Below are positions 5,453 through 15,588 of a DNA stretch of 64,000 nt, piece by piece (position 1 is the stretch's first letter; every line of letters starts with the position of its first letter). The DNA lies in IMG/VR virus record IMGVR_UViG_3300028585_000019, positions 26,975 through 90,974 of that record; one strand, 5' to 3'. Source of the DNA: a virus. A model generated the notes under the pieces. That model had not been told where the DNA came from, did no database searches, and worked only from the letters and a program-made list of their open reading frames with translations. A program made the translations under genes and the position numbers.

Positions 5453-6956
5453 AAAGCCGATTGTGGCCCCCCAGTCGGCCTTCCAAAGAGACGTCCTCGT
5501 TAGCGACTCCCGCATTATCGTTGCTGGTGGAGCTGCCGGCTGCGCAAAAAGCACCATCGGAATTATGAGACACTTGAGGTGGATGAATGACCCTCTTTAT
5601 AGAGGGTTTTGCATTCGTAAGAACTCTACTGCTATTATGAAAAGTGGCGGTCTTTTCGATGCTGCTGTTCACCTCTATTCTCAAGTAGATGATATTAAGA
5701 TTAAACTAAAAGATCAGCGCATACAGTTTAGTTCAGGAGCTTCAGTTTCATTCTCCCATTATGAGAATGATAAGGCTGGACAGTTATACCATGGCTTGGA
5801 GTTGAGTAACGTCTTTTATGACGAAGCCTCTCATGCCGCTGAATCTCATATTTGGTGGCTAATCTCCCGTCTTCGTACAAAAGCTAAGATGGATCCCTCG
5901 ATCTGGCTCTCATGTAACCCTGATCCAGACAGCTTTTTGTTTGAGTGGGTCAAATGGTGGCTCTACGACGAAACTAGTCCTAATTACGGCCTCCCTGACC
6001 CAGAAAAGAACGGCAAGGTTCGGTGGATTTTGCGAAGAGATGGCGTAATATTTTGGGGAGATTCTAAAGAAGAGATGATTGTCAAGTACGGCAAACCAAA
6101 TCTTCCACCTGACCACCCTCAGCAAGTCAAACCGCTCAGTTTTCAAGTCATCCTTGGTACAATTTATGATAATCCTTGGTTAATCGAAAATCAACCAGAA
6201 TATCTTGCCTCGCTTGAAGCAATGCCAGACGTAGAGAGGCGTCGCCTCCTTTTAGGAGATTGGACAGCACGCGAGACTGGCAGCACATTCTTTCAGAGAG
6301 AGTGGTGTAAAGAAGAGATTGAGGAGCCACCAGCTTGCGAAATTGTGAGAACAGTTAGAGCTTATGACTTTGCTGGTACTTTGAAGTCAGCTTCAAACCC
6401 TTCGCCAGACTATACAGCATGTGCAAAGCTTAGTAAATTGAAAAATGGAAACTACTTTGTTCATGAAGTGTTGAAAACCCGTATCCTCCCCGGAGACTGG
6501 GAAAAGTTCATACTTGAGAACGCGCTAAGAGATGGTTACGGAACTGAAATCATTGTCCCTTTAGATCCAGGTGCATCAGCCAAATTAGCTACAGGTCTGT
6601 TGACAAGGGCTCTTTCTGAGTGTGGTTATAGAGTTAGAACACTTCGGGCTTCTGGTAGTAAATTAGATCGGTTCCGTCCTTTCTCGTCTCTTGCAATGAA
6701 TGGACACGTCACATTCTTAAAAGGATGTGGTACTGATATAGAGAACAATATCCAATGCGACAACAACTTTGTTTATAAAGAGTTAGAAGCTTTTACAGGC
6801 AAAAGAAAGGCAGGTGAGTCATCTCACGATGATATCCCGGATTGCTGTTCTGATGCAATTTCTACACTAGCTTCTCGCATCAACATCCCAAATATGTCTA
6901 GTGGCTTAACAGCCGTTAACATGCAAAATAAAACACCTTTTGATAAAGCTCGTTGA
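5445..6956 (+). CDS. terL: terminase large subunit
   Basis: PQ adenine motif, GGAAGCAKS Walker A, FYDEA Walker B, CNPD motif, C-terminal RAYDFA and HDDIPD nuclease motifs. Confidence 0.93.
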   Translation: MSEKPIVAPQSAFQRDVLVSDSRIIVAGGAAGCAKSTIGIMRHLRWMNDPLYRGFCIRKNSTAIMKSGGLFDAAVHLYSQVDDIKIKLKDQRIQFSSGASVSFSHYENDKAGQLYHGLELSNVFYDEASHAAESHIWWLISRLRTKAKMDPSIWLSCNPDPDSFLFEWVKWWLYDETSPNYGLPDPEKNGKVRWILRRDGVIFWGDSKEEMIVKYGKPNLPPDHPQQVKPLSFQVILGTIYDNPWLIENQPEYLASLEAMPDVERRRLLLGDWTARETGSTFFQREWCKEEIEEPPACEIVRTVRAYDFAGTLKSASNPSPDYTACAKLSKLKNGNYFVHEVLKTRILPGDWEKFILENALRDGYGTEIIVPLDPGASAKLATGLLTRALSECGYRVRTLRASGSKLDRFRPFSSLAMNGHVTFLKGCGTDIENNIQCDNNFVYKELEAFTGKRKAGESSHDDIPDCCSDAISTLASRINIPNMSSGLTAVNMQNKTPFDKAR

Positions 6957-6984
6957 GGGCTTTTTAATCCTTTAAGGAGTATAT

Positions 6985-8499
6985 ATGGCAGAAGGAGATG
7001 TTACATCGCCAACCCTCTCCTTAGAGAAAGGTGATGAAAAAGCACCACCAATTGTTTACGGAGCTACAGGATATACAGGCTTGGTAACTCTTGGTGGTCG
7101 TGTTTTTGATGAGTGTGCCAAAGAGCTTTTGTGGCCCAGGGCATATCACACGTACAAGAAGATGGCCCTTCACCAAGCTATTGCTCCTGCACTTAGATAC
7201 GTTGAAGAGAAGGTTGCCGGAGCGGAGTGGACTGTAAAGATTCCAAAAGGGTCTGCACGCCCAAATGCAAAAGCCGAGGCAGTCTTCCTAAATCAAGTTA
7301 TGAGTGATATGGAGCACAGCTGGAAATCAGCAATTAAAGATGCTGCCAGCATGAACCACTATGGATTCTCACTTCTTGAAATTGTTCCTCGTTTCCGTAA
7401 TAAAAAGTACGGTAGTAAATATGATGATGGTCTTGTAGGTCTTGAAGCGCTACAGGTTCGTAGTCAGGGCAGTGTAGATCGGTTTGAATGGTACGACAAA
7501 GGCCGAACCTTAGCTGGTTTTTATCAGAAAGCTATTTATCCCACGGATACACAAAATGCATTAACTTTTGAAGGTCTCGCTCCCCTTGCCACACAGCAAT
7601 TAGATGTTAAGTGGATTCCTCGCAAAAAGTTTATTTTGTGTCGCCTGAACCCTGAGAATAGTAACCCTTATGGCACATCACCATTACAGGGAGTGTGGTC
7701 GGCGTGGAAGCTTCTAGAGGCATTTCAAGAGTCGGAGATTATTGGCACAGCTCAAGACAACAACGCATTTAAGATTCTTTACCTCCCTCCTGAGTATCTT
7801 GTAGAAGATGCTGACGAAGATCGTAAGAAATCCTTCCAGATGTATCAGAAGATGATGGAACGCGCCCACCAAGCAAAACAAAGTGGCTTCATTCTTCCAA
7901 TGCTTGTTGACCAAGATGGCAACAAGATGTTTGATTTTGAAATCAAAAATATCTCTGGTACCAAGTCTTATGACGTTGAAGCAATTATCCAACGCCTCAC
8001 TCGTGAAATTCAAGTTGGTTTGTTCTCTGACGTTCTTAGTATGGGCGGAAATGGAGGATCTTACAGTCTCTCTGATAACAAGATGCTTCAAATTGAAGTA
8101 GCGGTTAAGAGTGTTCTTAATGAAATAAAAGATCAGTTTAACCACCAACTAGTCAAAACACTATTTCAACAAAATGGATGGTCACTTGATGGTGACTTGC
8201 CTTACTTTGATTATGAACTTCCAAACTCTGAAACACTTGCAGATAAGGGATCTTTTATCCAGCGCGTTGCTGCTGTCGGTATGCTACCCGTAGTACCCCA
8301 GACAGTTAACTTTGTTCTTAAAGCTCTAGGTGTAGATTACCAAGTCCCGGACGATATGCCCACAGAGGAGCTTAGACGCATCATGTCAAACTTCACGAGT
8401 GAGGCCTCTGGTGGAATGGAATCGGGGTTACCCTCATCCAATGGTAGTGGAACTGGTGAATCTGGTGACGCCTCTATTGCAAACACAGCAAATACATAA
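6985..8499 (+). CDS. portal protein (DUF935/gp29-like)
   Basis: 504 aa directly after terL; YGFSLLEIV, NPYGTSPL and GSYSLS motifs. Confidence 0.85.
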   Translation: MAEGDVTSPTLSLEKGDEKAPPIVYGATGYTGLVTLGGRVFDECAKELLWPRAYHTYKKMALHQAIAPALRYVEEKVAGAEWTVKIPKGSARPNAKAEAVFLNQVMSDMEHSWKSAIKDAASMNHYGFSLLEIVPRFRNKKYGSKYDDGLVGLEALQVRSQGSVDRFEWYDKGRTLAGFYQKAIYPTDTQNALTFEGLAPLATQQLDVKWIPRKKFILCRLNPENSNPYGTSPLQGVWSAWKLLEAFQESEIIGTAQDNNAFKILYLPPEYLVEDADEDRKKSFQMYQKMMERAHQAKQSGFILPMLVDQDGNKMFDFEIKNISGTKSYDVEAIIQRLTREIQVGLFSDVLSMGGNGGSYSLSDNKMLQIEVAVKSVLNEIKDQFNHQLVKTLFQQNGWSLDGDLPYFDYELPNSETLADKGSFIQRVAAVGMLPVVPQTVNFVLKALGVDYQVPDDMPTEELRRIMSNFTSEASGGMESGLPSSNGSGTGESGDASIANTANT

Positions 8500-8511
8500 G
8501 GAGACTCCTTT

Positions 8512-9954
8512 ATGGCAAAACATTCTCTTGTGAGATTGAAGGGGTCTCTTGTAAATACCCCACACTTAATTGAACCAAATAGCTTTGGTAGTATTATGGA
8601 ATACGTTAATAAGCGTATTGAAGGTAATGCTGATGTAGTTCCTAAAGCTATTGAACAGGATGATGAAGATGATCTTGTTCAAGAACGTATTTCCCACGGG
8701 TACAACCCAGATACGAAAACTGGCATCCTTTATATTGATGGCCCCCTGACCTACAAGACCACTGGTTGGGAAGCACTTTGTGGCGGTACAAGCTATGAGA
8801 TGCTTAAAGAGCAGATGGAAGCTTATGTGTCGTATGGTGCTAAAACAGTTGCAATGATTTGCTCATCTGGTGGCGGTGAAGCTCACGGAATGATGGACAG
8901 TGCAAACTATGTTCGTAAACTTGCAGACGAAAATGGGATTAATCTTGTTTGTTATGTAGACGGTATGTCAGCTTCGGCTAGTTATGGTTGGTCTGTAGTT
9001 GCAGATGAAATCTATATGTCTGAAGACTCGCAAGTAGGCAGTGTTGGTGTCCTTATCCAGTTGATTAACAATTCTAAAAATCTGGAAATGAACGGATTTG
9101 AAAGGTTGTTTATTCACGCAGGAGAGGAAAAGATTCCTTTTGATAAAGAGGGTAACTTTGCTGAACACTTCCTTGACCGACTACAAGAGCAAGTGGACAT
9201 GCTTTACGAAGGTTTTACTACTCATGTTGCTGAACACCGTAATATGACAGTTCAAGCTGTTAAAGACACCAAAGCAAACGTATTTCTCTCGCAAGAAGCT
9301 ATCCAACTTGGGTTAGCCGATGGTGTGATGACTGCTGAGGAATTTTATGAATATTTGGCTGATGTAGCCCAGAAAAACCTAGAGGTGAATGTTATGGGCG
9401 ACCAGTCCAAAAATCGTGCATTTAAATTTTTCAACAAAGAGGATAAAGCTGAGATGTCCCAACTTAAAGAACTGCAAGCCCTTGCTGAAACGCAAGAAGC
9501 TCTGCTGCAAGACAAGGAAGCTGCTCTGATTGCCTCCCTTGAACAAGTAAACACTCTGCAAGCTTCTGTAGGTGAACTTACCAGCAAACTGGAATCTCTG
9601 CAAGCCTTTGCAGAAGAACATAAAGCTGCTGCTGAGCTTGCTAAAGCTGAAGCACAACGTGTAGCTGAAGAAGCTGCTCAAGCTAAGGTTGATCAACGCA
9701 TGGCTTCTCTGAAGGATGTGTTGGCAGAAGATCAAGTAGAAGCAACTTACGCTGCTCTGTCCTCTCTGGATGATGCTTCGTTCTCCGTTATCGTTTCTCA
9801 ATACGCTGCTACCAAACAAGCTCGGGCTGAAGCCTTTAAAGCTATTGGTGGTGAGGGTGTTGAACAAGAATCACTTGTCGCTGAGCACGACAGTGTGGAT
9901 GCCATCCGTCAGGCTGGTGTAGCTCATGCTCGTCAACGTTTTACTAACAAGTAA
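8512..9954 (+). CDS. prohead protease (S49/SppA-like) fused to a scaffold-like coiled coil
   Basis: SGGG, MSASASY and VGSVGV motifs; Ala/Glu-rich C-terminal half. Confidence 0.88.
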   Translation: MAKHSLVRLKGSLVNTPHLIEPNSFGSIMEYVNKRIEGNADVVPKAIEQDDEDDLVQERISHGYNPDTKTGILYIDGPLTYKTTGWEALCGGTSYEMLKEQMEAYVSYGAKTVAMICSSGGGEAHGMMDSANYVRKLADENGINLVCYVDGMSASASYGWSVVADEIYMSEDSQVGSVGVLIQLINNSKNLEMNGFERLFIHAGEEKIPFDKEGNFAEHFLDRLQEQVDMLYEGFTTHVAEHRNMTVQAVKDTKANVFLSQEAIQLGLADGVMTAEEFYEYLADVAQKNLEVNVMGDQSKNRAFKFFNKEDKAEMSQLKELQALAETQEALLQDKEAALIASLEQVNTLQASVGELTSKLESLQAFAEEHKAAAELAKAEAQRVAEEAAQAKVDQRMASLKDVLAEDQVEATYAALSSLDDASFSVIVSQYAATKQARAEAFKAIGGEGVEQESLVAEHDSVDAIRQAGVAHARQRFTNK

Positions 9955-10000
9955 TAGCGTTTTACAAATCAAAATAAATAAGTAAAGAGGAACCTGACTA

Positions 10001-10450
10001 ATGGCTTTCACCAATATTACTCTCCAGAAGCGTGCTTCTGATCTGGTAGTTGCTCATGAAGATCACAACTTCAGCAACGAAGATGCAAACATTACCCCGC
10101 CGGCTGCCAGTGCTGCTATCCCTTTTGGCACTGTAGTTTTCCGTGCTAAGGGTTTGGCTAAAGATGCTCCTTGGGCTGCTGTCACTGCCGCTGCCGCTCT
10201 TGTCCCTGACAATGAGTTCGGTGTTGTCTTCGGTAACCACTACGGCTTTGCTGCTGACTTCGTTCCGCGTGCAATCGTAGCTGACCGTTACAATGCAATC
10301 ATCGTTAAGCGTGCAGTAGCTGGTGTTAAAGAATACTACCTCAAGCAAGTACACGGCACTCAACTTGGTGATGACTTCTCTGTCCTCAAAGAGTTGCTGG
10401 GCAATCAGGGCGTAGTTGTTCTGGATGATGTTTCTGACCTTACCGTATAA
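10001..10450 (+). CDS. head decoration/stabilisation protein
   Basis: 149 aa between protease and capsid; highly expressed codon pattern. Confidence 0.7.
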   Translation: MAFTNITLQKRASDLVVAHEDHNFSNEDANITPPAASAAIPFGTVVFRAKGLAKDAPWAAVTAAAALVPDNEFGVVFGNHYGFAADFVPRAIVADRYNAIIVKRAVAGVKEYYLKQVHGTQLGDDFSVLKELLGNQGVVVLDDVSDLTV

Positions 10451-10516
10451 GAATCAGACAATCAATAACGAGGGTGTAAAAGCCCTCAATACAAATTTAA
10501 AGAAGGATTGAGAATA

Positions 10517-11614
10517 ATGGCACTAATTATTGACAAGAATATTGATCGTCTGAGCCAAGGCAAATACGTTGAACTTACCGACATTCTGGTAGAGATTCCA
10601 CGTAACCAAGGCATCTTCGATCAACTGGCTGTGTTTGAAGATGTATACGTTACTCAAAAGAAAATTGAGATTCAACGTTCCACGTATGCAAACCATCTGG
10701 TAAAAGATAAGAACTGGGAAGCTAAGCCTGATACTCTGGTAAGCCGTCCAGTACAAGGTTTCATCCAAGCTTCTATCCCTAACATGCAACTGCTCGATGC
10801 TATCAAGCCTCAAGACATTGATGGTGTTGCTAAAGTTGATACCATCCTTGAGGCTGCTGGCCTTGAAGAAGTGATGGACGTTCGTGTAGAGAAACTGGCT
10901 GCTCTGAATGGTGCATTTGATGACACACACGAAGCTGCCCGTATGCAACTGCTGAAGTTTGGTACTGTCTATGCTCCTAGTGGCACTCTGGCTACTAGCT
11001 ACGGCGATACCATTGACTTCTACGAAGAAATGGGTGTTACTCGTCAGACCTTCGAAATCCCACTGACTGGCGCTAACGATCCTCGTGTTGCTGTATCGAA
11101 CATTGTTAAAGCAATGAAGCTGGCTCTGCGTACTGCCCCTACTCGTGGTGGTTATCGTGAACTGGTAATTCTGGCTGGTACTAACCTGTTCAACGCAGTT
11201 ATCACCAACCCGTTCGTTACTGAAGTCACCAAATACTACAACCAAGATCTGAGCCGTCTCCTGACTGGTACTGCTCAGCAAGCTCAAGGTTATGACACCT
11301 TTTTCCAAGAAGTTGTTGTCTGGGGTATCCGTTTCATCGACGTAGGCGCTGGTGGCTACACTTCGCCGGATGGCACTTTCACTCAGTGGATTGATGATGA
11401 TGCTGGTATCGCCCTGCCTACCGGTGTTCGTGGTATGTTCAAGACCTACTACGCTCCTGCTAACAAGTTTAGCTCGGTCAACAAGCGGGCCGCTGGTCGT
11501 TACTACTGGGAACGTCTGAACGACGAAGACGATCTGATCCAAATGAAAGTTGAATCCAACTTCATGAACGGTCTTCTGTATCCTCAAGCTGTATTTGATA
11601 TTACTTTCTCGTAA
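10517..11614 (+). CDS. major capsid protein (lambda gpE-like family)
   Basis: 365 aa; synteny; IDFYEEMG, FKTYYAPAN and VESNF motifs; strong codon bias; followed by a terminator. Confidence 0.9.
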   Translation: MALIIDKNIDRLSQGKYVELTDILVEIPRNQGIFDQLAVFEDVYVTQKKIEIQRSTYANHLVKDKNWEAKPDTLVSRPVQGFIQASIPNMQLLDAIKPQDIDGVAKVDTILEAAGLEEVMDVRVEKLAALNGAFDDTHEAARMQLLKFGTVYAPSGTLATSYGDTIDFYEEMGVTRQTFEIPLTGANDPRVAVSNIVKAMKLALRTAPTRGGYRELVILAGTNLFNAVITNPFVTEVTKYYNQDLSRLLTGTAQQAQGYDTFFQEVVVWGIRFIDVGAGGYTSPDGTFTQWIDDDAGIALPTGVRGMFKTYYAPANKFSSVNKRAAGRYYWERLNDEDDLIQMKVESNFMNGLLYPQAVFDITFS

Positions 11615-11626
11615 GAGAGCACATAT

Positions 11627-11654
11627 GGGCGGCTTCATCGCCGCCCTTTGTTTT
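11627..11654 (+). terminator. rho-independent terminator after the capsid gene
   Basis: GGGCGGC-TTCATC-GCCGCCC-TTTGTTTT. Confidence 0.8.
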
Positions 11655-11665
11655 GGAGACAATAT

Positions 11666-12094
11666 ATGACCGATGAAGAAAAGATTGCTCTCCTAGCCCT
11701 CATGCTTGGTGATATCCCCGGTGGTCCTTACTACCCTATGTTCACTGAAGAACAATACCTTCAGTTTCTAAAGTTAGGTCGTGGTGATGTAAACCGTGCT
11801 GCTGTTTATGCTGCTATTAGTGCTGGTTACTTTGTTGGAAGTGAGTCTTCTCGTGAAGTGATTGGTGAGCTACAGATTAGTAATGCAACTGGTGGTAACT
11901 ATCTAAAGCTTCTTGACTACCTTATCAGTAACGTTGGTCGTGTACCTCCTGCTGGCTTGATGCCTTGGTTTGCTGGATCTGACGGTTGTAATCGTAACAA
12001 GCTCCTTGATTATTCTGTTTGTGATGTTGTCAATTATGAGACATTTCAAAACGTATGGAATAAGACAGGTAGCGGTTGTTGCTCAAGTTGCTAA
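11666..12094 (+). CDS. head-tail connector/adaptor protein
   Basis: First gene after the capsid; GGAG RBS; Cys-rich tail. Confidence 0.6.
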   Translation: MTDEEKIALLALMLGDIPGGPYYPMFTEEQYLQFLKLGRGDVNRAAVYAAISAGYFVGSESSREVIGELQISNATGGNYLKLLDYLISNVGRVPPAGLMPWFAGSDGCNRNKLLDYSVCDVVNYETFQNVWNKTGSGCCSSC

Positions 12095-12106
12095 GGGGGG
12101 TTTGAT

Positions 12107-12496
12107 ATGTCTTCAATGCACCCTAGAATGAGAGCAATGGTTATACGCAATCTTGGTTTAGCTCCTAGAGGACAGGGAAGCGTAGTTACGCTGCGACAAG
12201 TAGTGGATGGAGTATTTAATCCAGCTACAGGTGAGATTGATCAGATTGTAACGGAATACTCAGGAAGTGGTGTTAGGGTTAATTACTCAGAATACACACA
12301 CAGAAACTTCGATATCCCCTACAGTGATTATCAAATCTATCTATCCCCTATTCAAGCTGATGGGGAAGAAATGCCAACCCCTCAAATCGACGACACATTA
12401 GTGTTTCTTGGTAACGAGGTAAAGGTGGTAGAGCTTCACCCTTTCAATGAGAATGGCTTTGGTTGTGGTTGGAAGATAAGGGTTAGGACAAGTTAA
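12107..12496 (+). CDS. head closure/stopper protein
   Basis: GVFNPATG motif; beta-rich 129 aa; synteny. Confidence 0.65.
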   Translation: MSSMHPRMRAMVIRNLGLAPRGQGSVVTLRQVVDGVFNPATGEIDQIVTEYSGSGVRVNYSEYTHRNFDIPYSDYQIYLSPIQADGEEMPTPQIDDTLVFLGNEVKVVELHPFNENGFGCGWKIRVRTS

Positions 12497-12933
12497 TGAC
12501 TGACTTCTCTGATGTTATGAATGAATGGATTGATTCTGTTGAAATTAAAATGGATGACATCTTTCAGACAGTGGTTATCAAAGTTGGTGAGCATGTTGTC
12601 CAGCTATCTCCTGTTGATACAGGCTTGTTTAGAGGTAACTGGCAACTAACGATTGATGAAGAACAATCGTCTGAGCTTACACGTCTTGATCCATCTGGTA
12701 ATGCTGCTATCTCATCTATTGCTGCTAAAGCTAATAATTTGACAGCAGGGCAAGTAGCTTACATCTTAAACCATCTTGAATACGGATATGACCTTGAATA
12801 TGGTACATACTTTGGCCCAACAGCTAAAGTAACAGAGGAAGGGTTTAGTAGACAAGCTCCAGAAGGTATGGTGAGGATTACAGAAGCTGAGTTTATCCCG
12901 ATTGTTGAACAGGCAGTCCGCCTTAATATTTAA
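12496..12933 (+). CDS. neck/tail completion protein (HK97 gp10-like)
   Basis: SPVDTGLFRGNW, LEYG and SRQAPEGMV motifs. Confidence 0.8.
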   Translation: MTDFSDVMNEWIDSVEIKMDDIFQTVVIKVGEHVVQLSPVDTGLFRGNWQLTIDEEQSSELTRLDPSGNAAISSIAAKANNLTAGQVAYILNHLEYGYDLEYGTYFGPTAKVTEEGFSRQAPEGMVRITEAEFIPIVEQAVRLNI

Positions 12934-12960
12934 AGGAGGCTATCCTCCCTAGGAGAATAG

Positions 12961-13374
12961 ATGTCTCAGGCAAGAGTGAGAAACTTGTTTCAAACGGCTT
13001 TAAATGCTTATGCAACAACAAAAAATATTAGGGTTGCATTTGATAACGTACAAATGGTACCAAGAGCTAATGAGACTTATCTTGTTAGTCACCTCTTACC
13101 ATCTTCAACAGCTACACAAACGTTGAATGGTGATCATAAGAGATTTCTCGGAGTCTACCAAATAACAATTGTAACTCCATCTGGTAAAGCAACAGCCCAG
13201 TCAGATGAGATTGCAAGTGAGCTACAAGAAATATTTACTATCTTTAAAAGATATACAGATTCCGATGGCTTTACCGTAACAGTGATGACACCTTTAAATG
13301 TCCCTGAAGGTAAAGTTCAAAATGGAGGCTGGATCGTCCCTTGTTATTTTAATTACAGAGCGGACACAAATTAA
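12961..13374 (+). CDS. tail terminator protein (DUF4128-like)
   Basis: GVYQITIVTPSGK motif; position before the tail tube gene. Confidence 0.75.
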   Translation: MSQARVRNLFQTALNAYATTKNIRVAFDNVQMVPRANETYLVSHLLPSSTATQTLNGDHKRFLGVYQITIVTPSGKATAQSDEIASELQEIFTIFKRYTDSDGFTVTVMTPLNVPEGKVQNGGWIVPCYFNYRADTN

Positions 13375-13404
13375 TATTAATGTTTAACAAGTGAGGAAAA
13401 TACC

Positions 13405-14064
13405 ATGGCGTTTACGTTGCCAAATGGCAGTACCATCGATCTGGCTTCCACCTACAGTGCTGAAGTTGTTGTAGAATCTATCTCTAATACAAACCCAGCT
13501 GTCGTGACTGCAACTGGTCACGGTTTTGCTGAAGGCGATATTGTCCAACTCTCGACTTCTTGGGAGCTTTTGAACAACCGCTCGTTCTTGGTTGGTGATG
13601 TAACTACTGACACCTTTCAACTTCTTGGTGCAGGCAATGACACCACCAACACTAGCTTCTATCCTGTTGGGTCTAGTGGCGGCGTAGTCAAAGCTGTTGA
13701 GACTTGGACAACCATCAACCAAATCACAGCGGTAGAGTTTGGTGGCGGTGAACAGGAAGAACTCACCGTTCAGTTCCTTGCCTCCCGTACTCAGATTAAC
13801 ATTCCAACTGTTAAATCTGCAATCTCCATGACCCTGACTGTTGCGGACGACCCGACACAGCTCTACGTTCCTGTTGTCCAAGGTTATGATTTTGACCTGA
13901 GTATCAACACCTTGCGTATGAACTTGGTGAATGGTGATAGTATTCTCTATCCAGCAATCGTCACCTTCAGTCCTACTCCTACTGTGACAATCAACGAACT
14001 GCTGACCAACACCATCAGCCTTTCTGTACAAGCTACTCCAACTCGGTACACTCGTCCAGAATAA
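13405..14064 (+). CDS. major tail (tube) protein
   Basis: MAFTLPNG, NPAVVTATGHG and GGEQ motifs of the Phage_tail_3 type. Confidence 0.88.
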   Translation: MAFTLPNGSTIDLASTYSAEVVVESISNTNPAVVTATGHGFAEGDIVQLSTSWELLNNRSFLVGDVTTDTFQLLGAGNDTTNTSFYPVGSSGGVVKAVETWTTINQITAVEFGGGEQEELTVQFLASRTQINIPTVKSAISMTLTVADDPTQLYVPVVQGYDFDLSINTLRMNLVNGDSILYPAIVTFSPTPTVTINELLTNTISLSVQATPTRYTRPE

Positions 14065-14139
14065 GTAGTTGCTTTACTTCAACCACCTCTGATATCATAC
14101 TAAAGACCCAGACAATTTCGTCTGGGATTTATTTCGGAG

Positions 14140-14804
14140 GTGGTTATGGTTACTAGAGGTAAAACGCTCTCAAAGCGAAAACTGGTACAGGGGGTAGGTA
14201 TTAATGATGCTCCCTTTCCTACACAAAGGATTCCTTACACTGATGAAGAAGGTGTTTACCATGGTAAATGGACTCACCCTATCTATGCCTATTGGCATAA
14301 TGTCCTGACAAGAACAAACGATCCAAAGTATCATGCGAAATTTCCAGCTTATGTCAAGGCAGAAATTATTGAAAGTTGGAAGTCTTTTATGGGATTTTAT
14401 TCTTGGGCAGAAACTCAAGACTATGATAGCGGAAAGGTTCTTGATAAGGATATTCTAGGAGACGGTACGCTGTATAGTCCTGAGACTTGCTGTTTTGTAG
14501 ACGAGAGGGTGAATAATTTCCTAGTAGGTCAAAATATCAAAGTACATATCTGAAAGGTGTACATTTCGATAAAGAGAGTGGGAAATTTAGAGCTTGCATG
14601 GCAATGCTGGGTAAACATAAAAACCTCGGAAGATATCGTAGTCAATATGAAGGTCATTTGGTTTACTGCAAAGCAAAATTGGCTTATGCGATTGAAATTG
14701 TAAACGAGTACAGGGTTGAAGATCGTATCGCCACTGCTCTAATCCAAAAGCTTCAAAAGAGGGTTGATGAGGCAGAAATCCTTTATCAGCAAAGTTTAAT
14801 TTAA
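14140..14804 (+). pseudogene. HNH-type homing endonuclease split by a 1-nt frameshift near 14531
   Basis: ORF1 has LDKDILGDGTLYSPETCCFV; the -1 frame continues STYLKGVHFDKESGKFRACMAMLGKHKNLGRY (AP2-like); adding one A to CAAAAT restores a single frame. Confidence 0.7.
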
Positions 14805-14820
14805 TAGGAGAACAATTAAC

Positions 14821-15216
14821 ATGGCAAAGAAGTTCAGTATCATCCAAAACGCAACATTCAAACAAACTGTAAAGATTCCTCGTATTGGTGGTGAACCAAT
14901 TGATGTAGAGTTTGAATATAAATACCTCACTCGCCCACAGATTTCCAAGCTTCAGGACGAATGGGACGAGTCTAGTCGTAAAATGATTGCCGAATGGAAA
15001 GAGAAGGGACTTGAAAATACTCCTCTGTTTGATATAACAGAAGATGAAATCAAACATAACATCAAGCAGCTACAAGACATTGTTGTAGGATGGAATTTCG
15101 ACGAACCTCTAGACGAAGAGAATATTCGTGCTCTGGTAGAAAGTTCAATCGGTGCAACTGATGTGGTTATCAGTGCATACCATCAAGCCTATCAAAAGGC
15201 TAAGTTGGGAAACTAA
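14821..15216 (+). CDS. tail assembly chaperone (gpG-like)
   Basis: TFKQTVKIPRIGG and IVVGWNFDEP motifs; ends LGN at a slippery site. Confidence 0.88.
   Translation: MAKKFSIIQNATFKQTVKIPRIGGEPIDVEFEYKYLTRPQISKLQDEWDESSRKMIAEWKEKGLENTPLFDITEDEIKHNIKQLQDIVVGWNFDEPLDEENIRALVESSIGATDVVISAYHQAYQKAKLGN
15207..15213 (+). promoter_or_regulatory. -1 programmed ribosomal frameshift site G GGA AAC
   Basis: The -1 frame is open and in frame with 15261-15539. Confidence 0.85.
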
Positions 15217-15260
15217 AGAAGGTCAGCCGTTCCCTATACCAAGAAGAAGCTCCTAATAAT

Positions 15261-15539
15261 ATGTTGAGCTTCTTCGGCCTCACTAAAGAAGATATGCCAG
15301 ATGAAACAATAGAAGTATTTCCTGATAACTGGAAAGCATTCTTAACATTTGATGCAATGTCTACTCAGTGGAGATGCGGTGCTATAGGGGCTACTGGCCT
15401 AGATTATAATTGTCTTCCCTTAGTTGCACAATCTGTTGGTGTAAAGAAGAAAGAACTTCCTGATATTCTAGGTGATATTAGGGTGCTTGAATCAGAAGCT
15501 TTAAAGGTGATGATTGAGCAGAGAGATAAGAAGAAATAG
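15261..15539 (+). CDS. gpT-like (DUF1799) C-terminal part of the frameshifted chaperone
   Basis: PDNW...MSTQWR...GLDY...E..AL motif. Confidence 0.85.
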   Translation: MLSFFGLTKEDMPDETIEVFPDNWKAFLTFDAMSTQWRCGAIGATGLDYNCLPLVAQSVGVKKKELPDILGDIRVLESEALKVMIEQRDKKK

Positions 15540-15588
15540 AAGTGGTAGTTTATCTGTCACTATCTTAGCCAAGATTTGAGAGGGAATA

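Noticed and set aside
10523-11662. 379-aa ORF antisense to the major capsid gene (likewise 13384-14031, 17122-18189, 9379-9867, 3299-3880)
   Set aside because: These mirror highly expressed genes whose codon bias avoids TTA/CTA/TCA, which removes antisense stops. They have no convincing RBS and no recognisable protein motifs.
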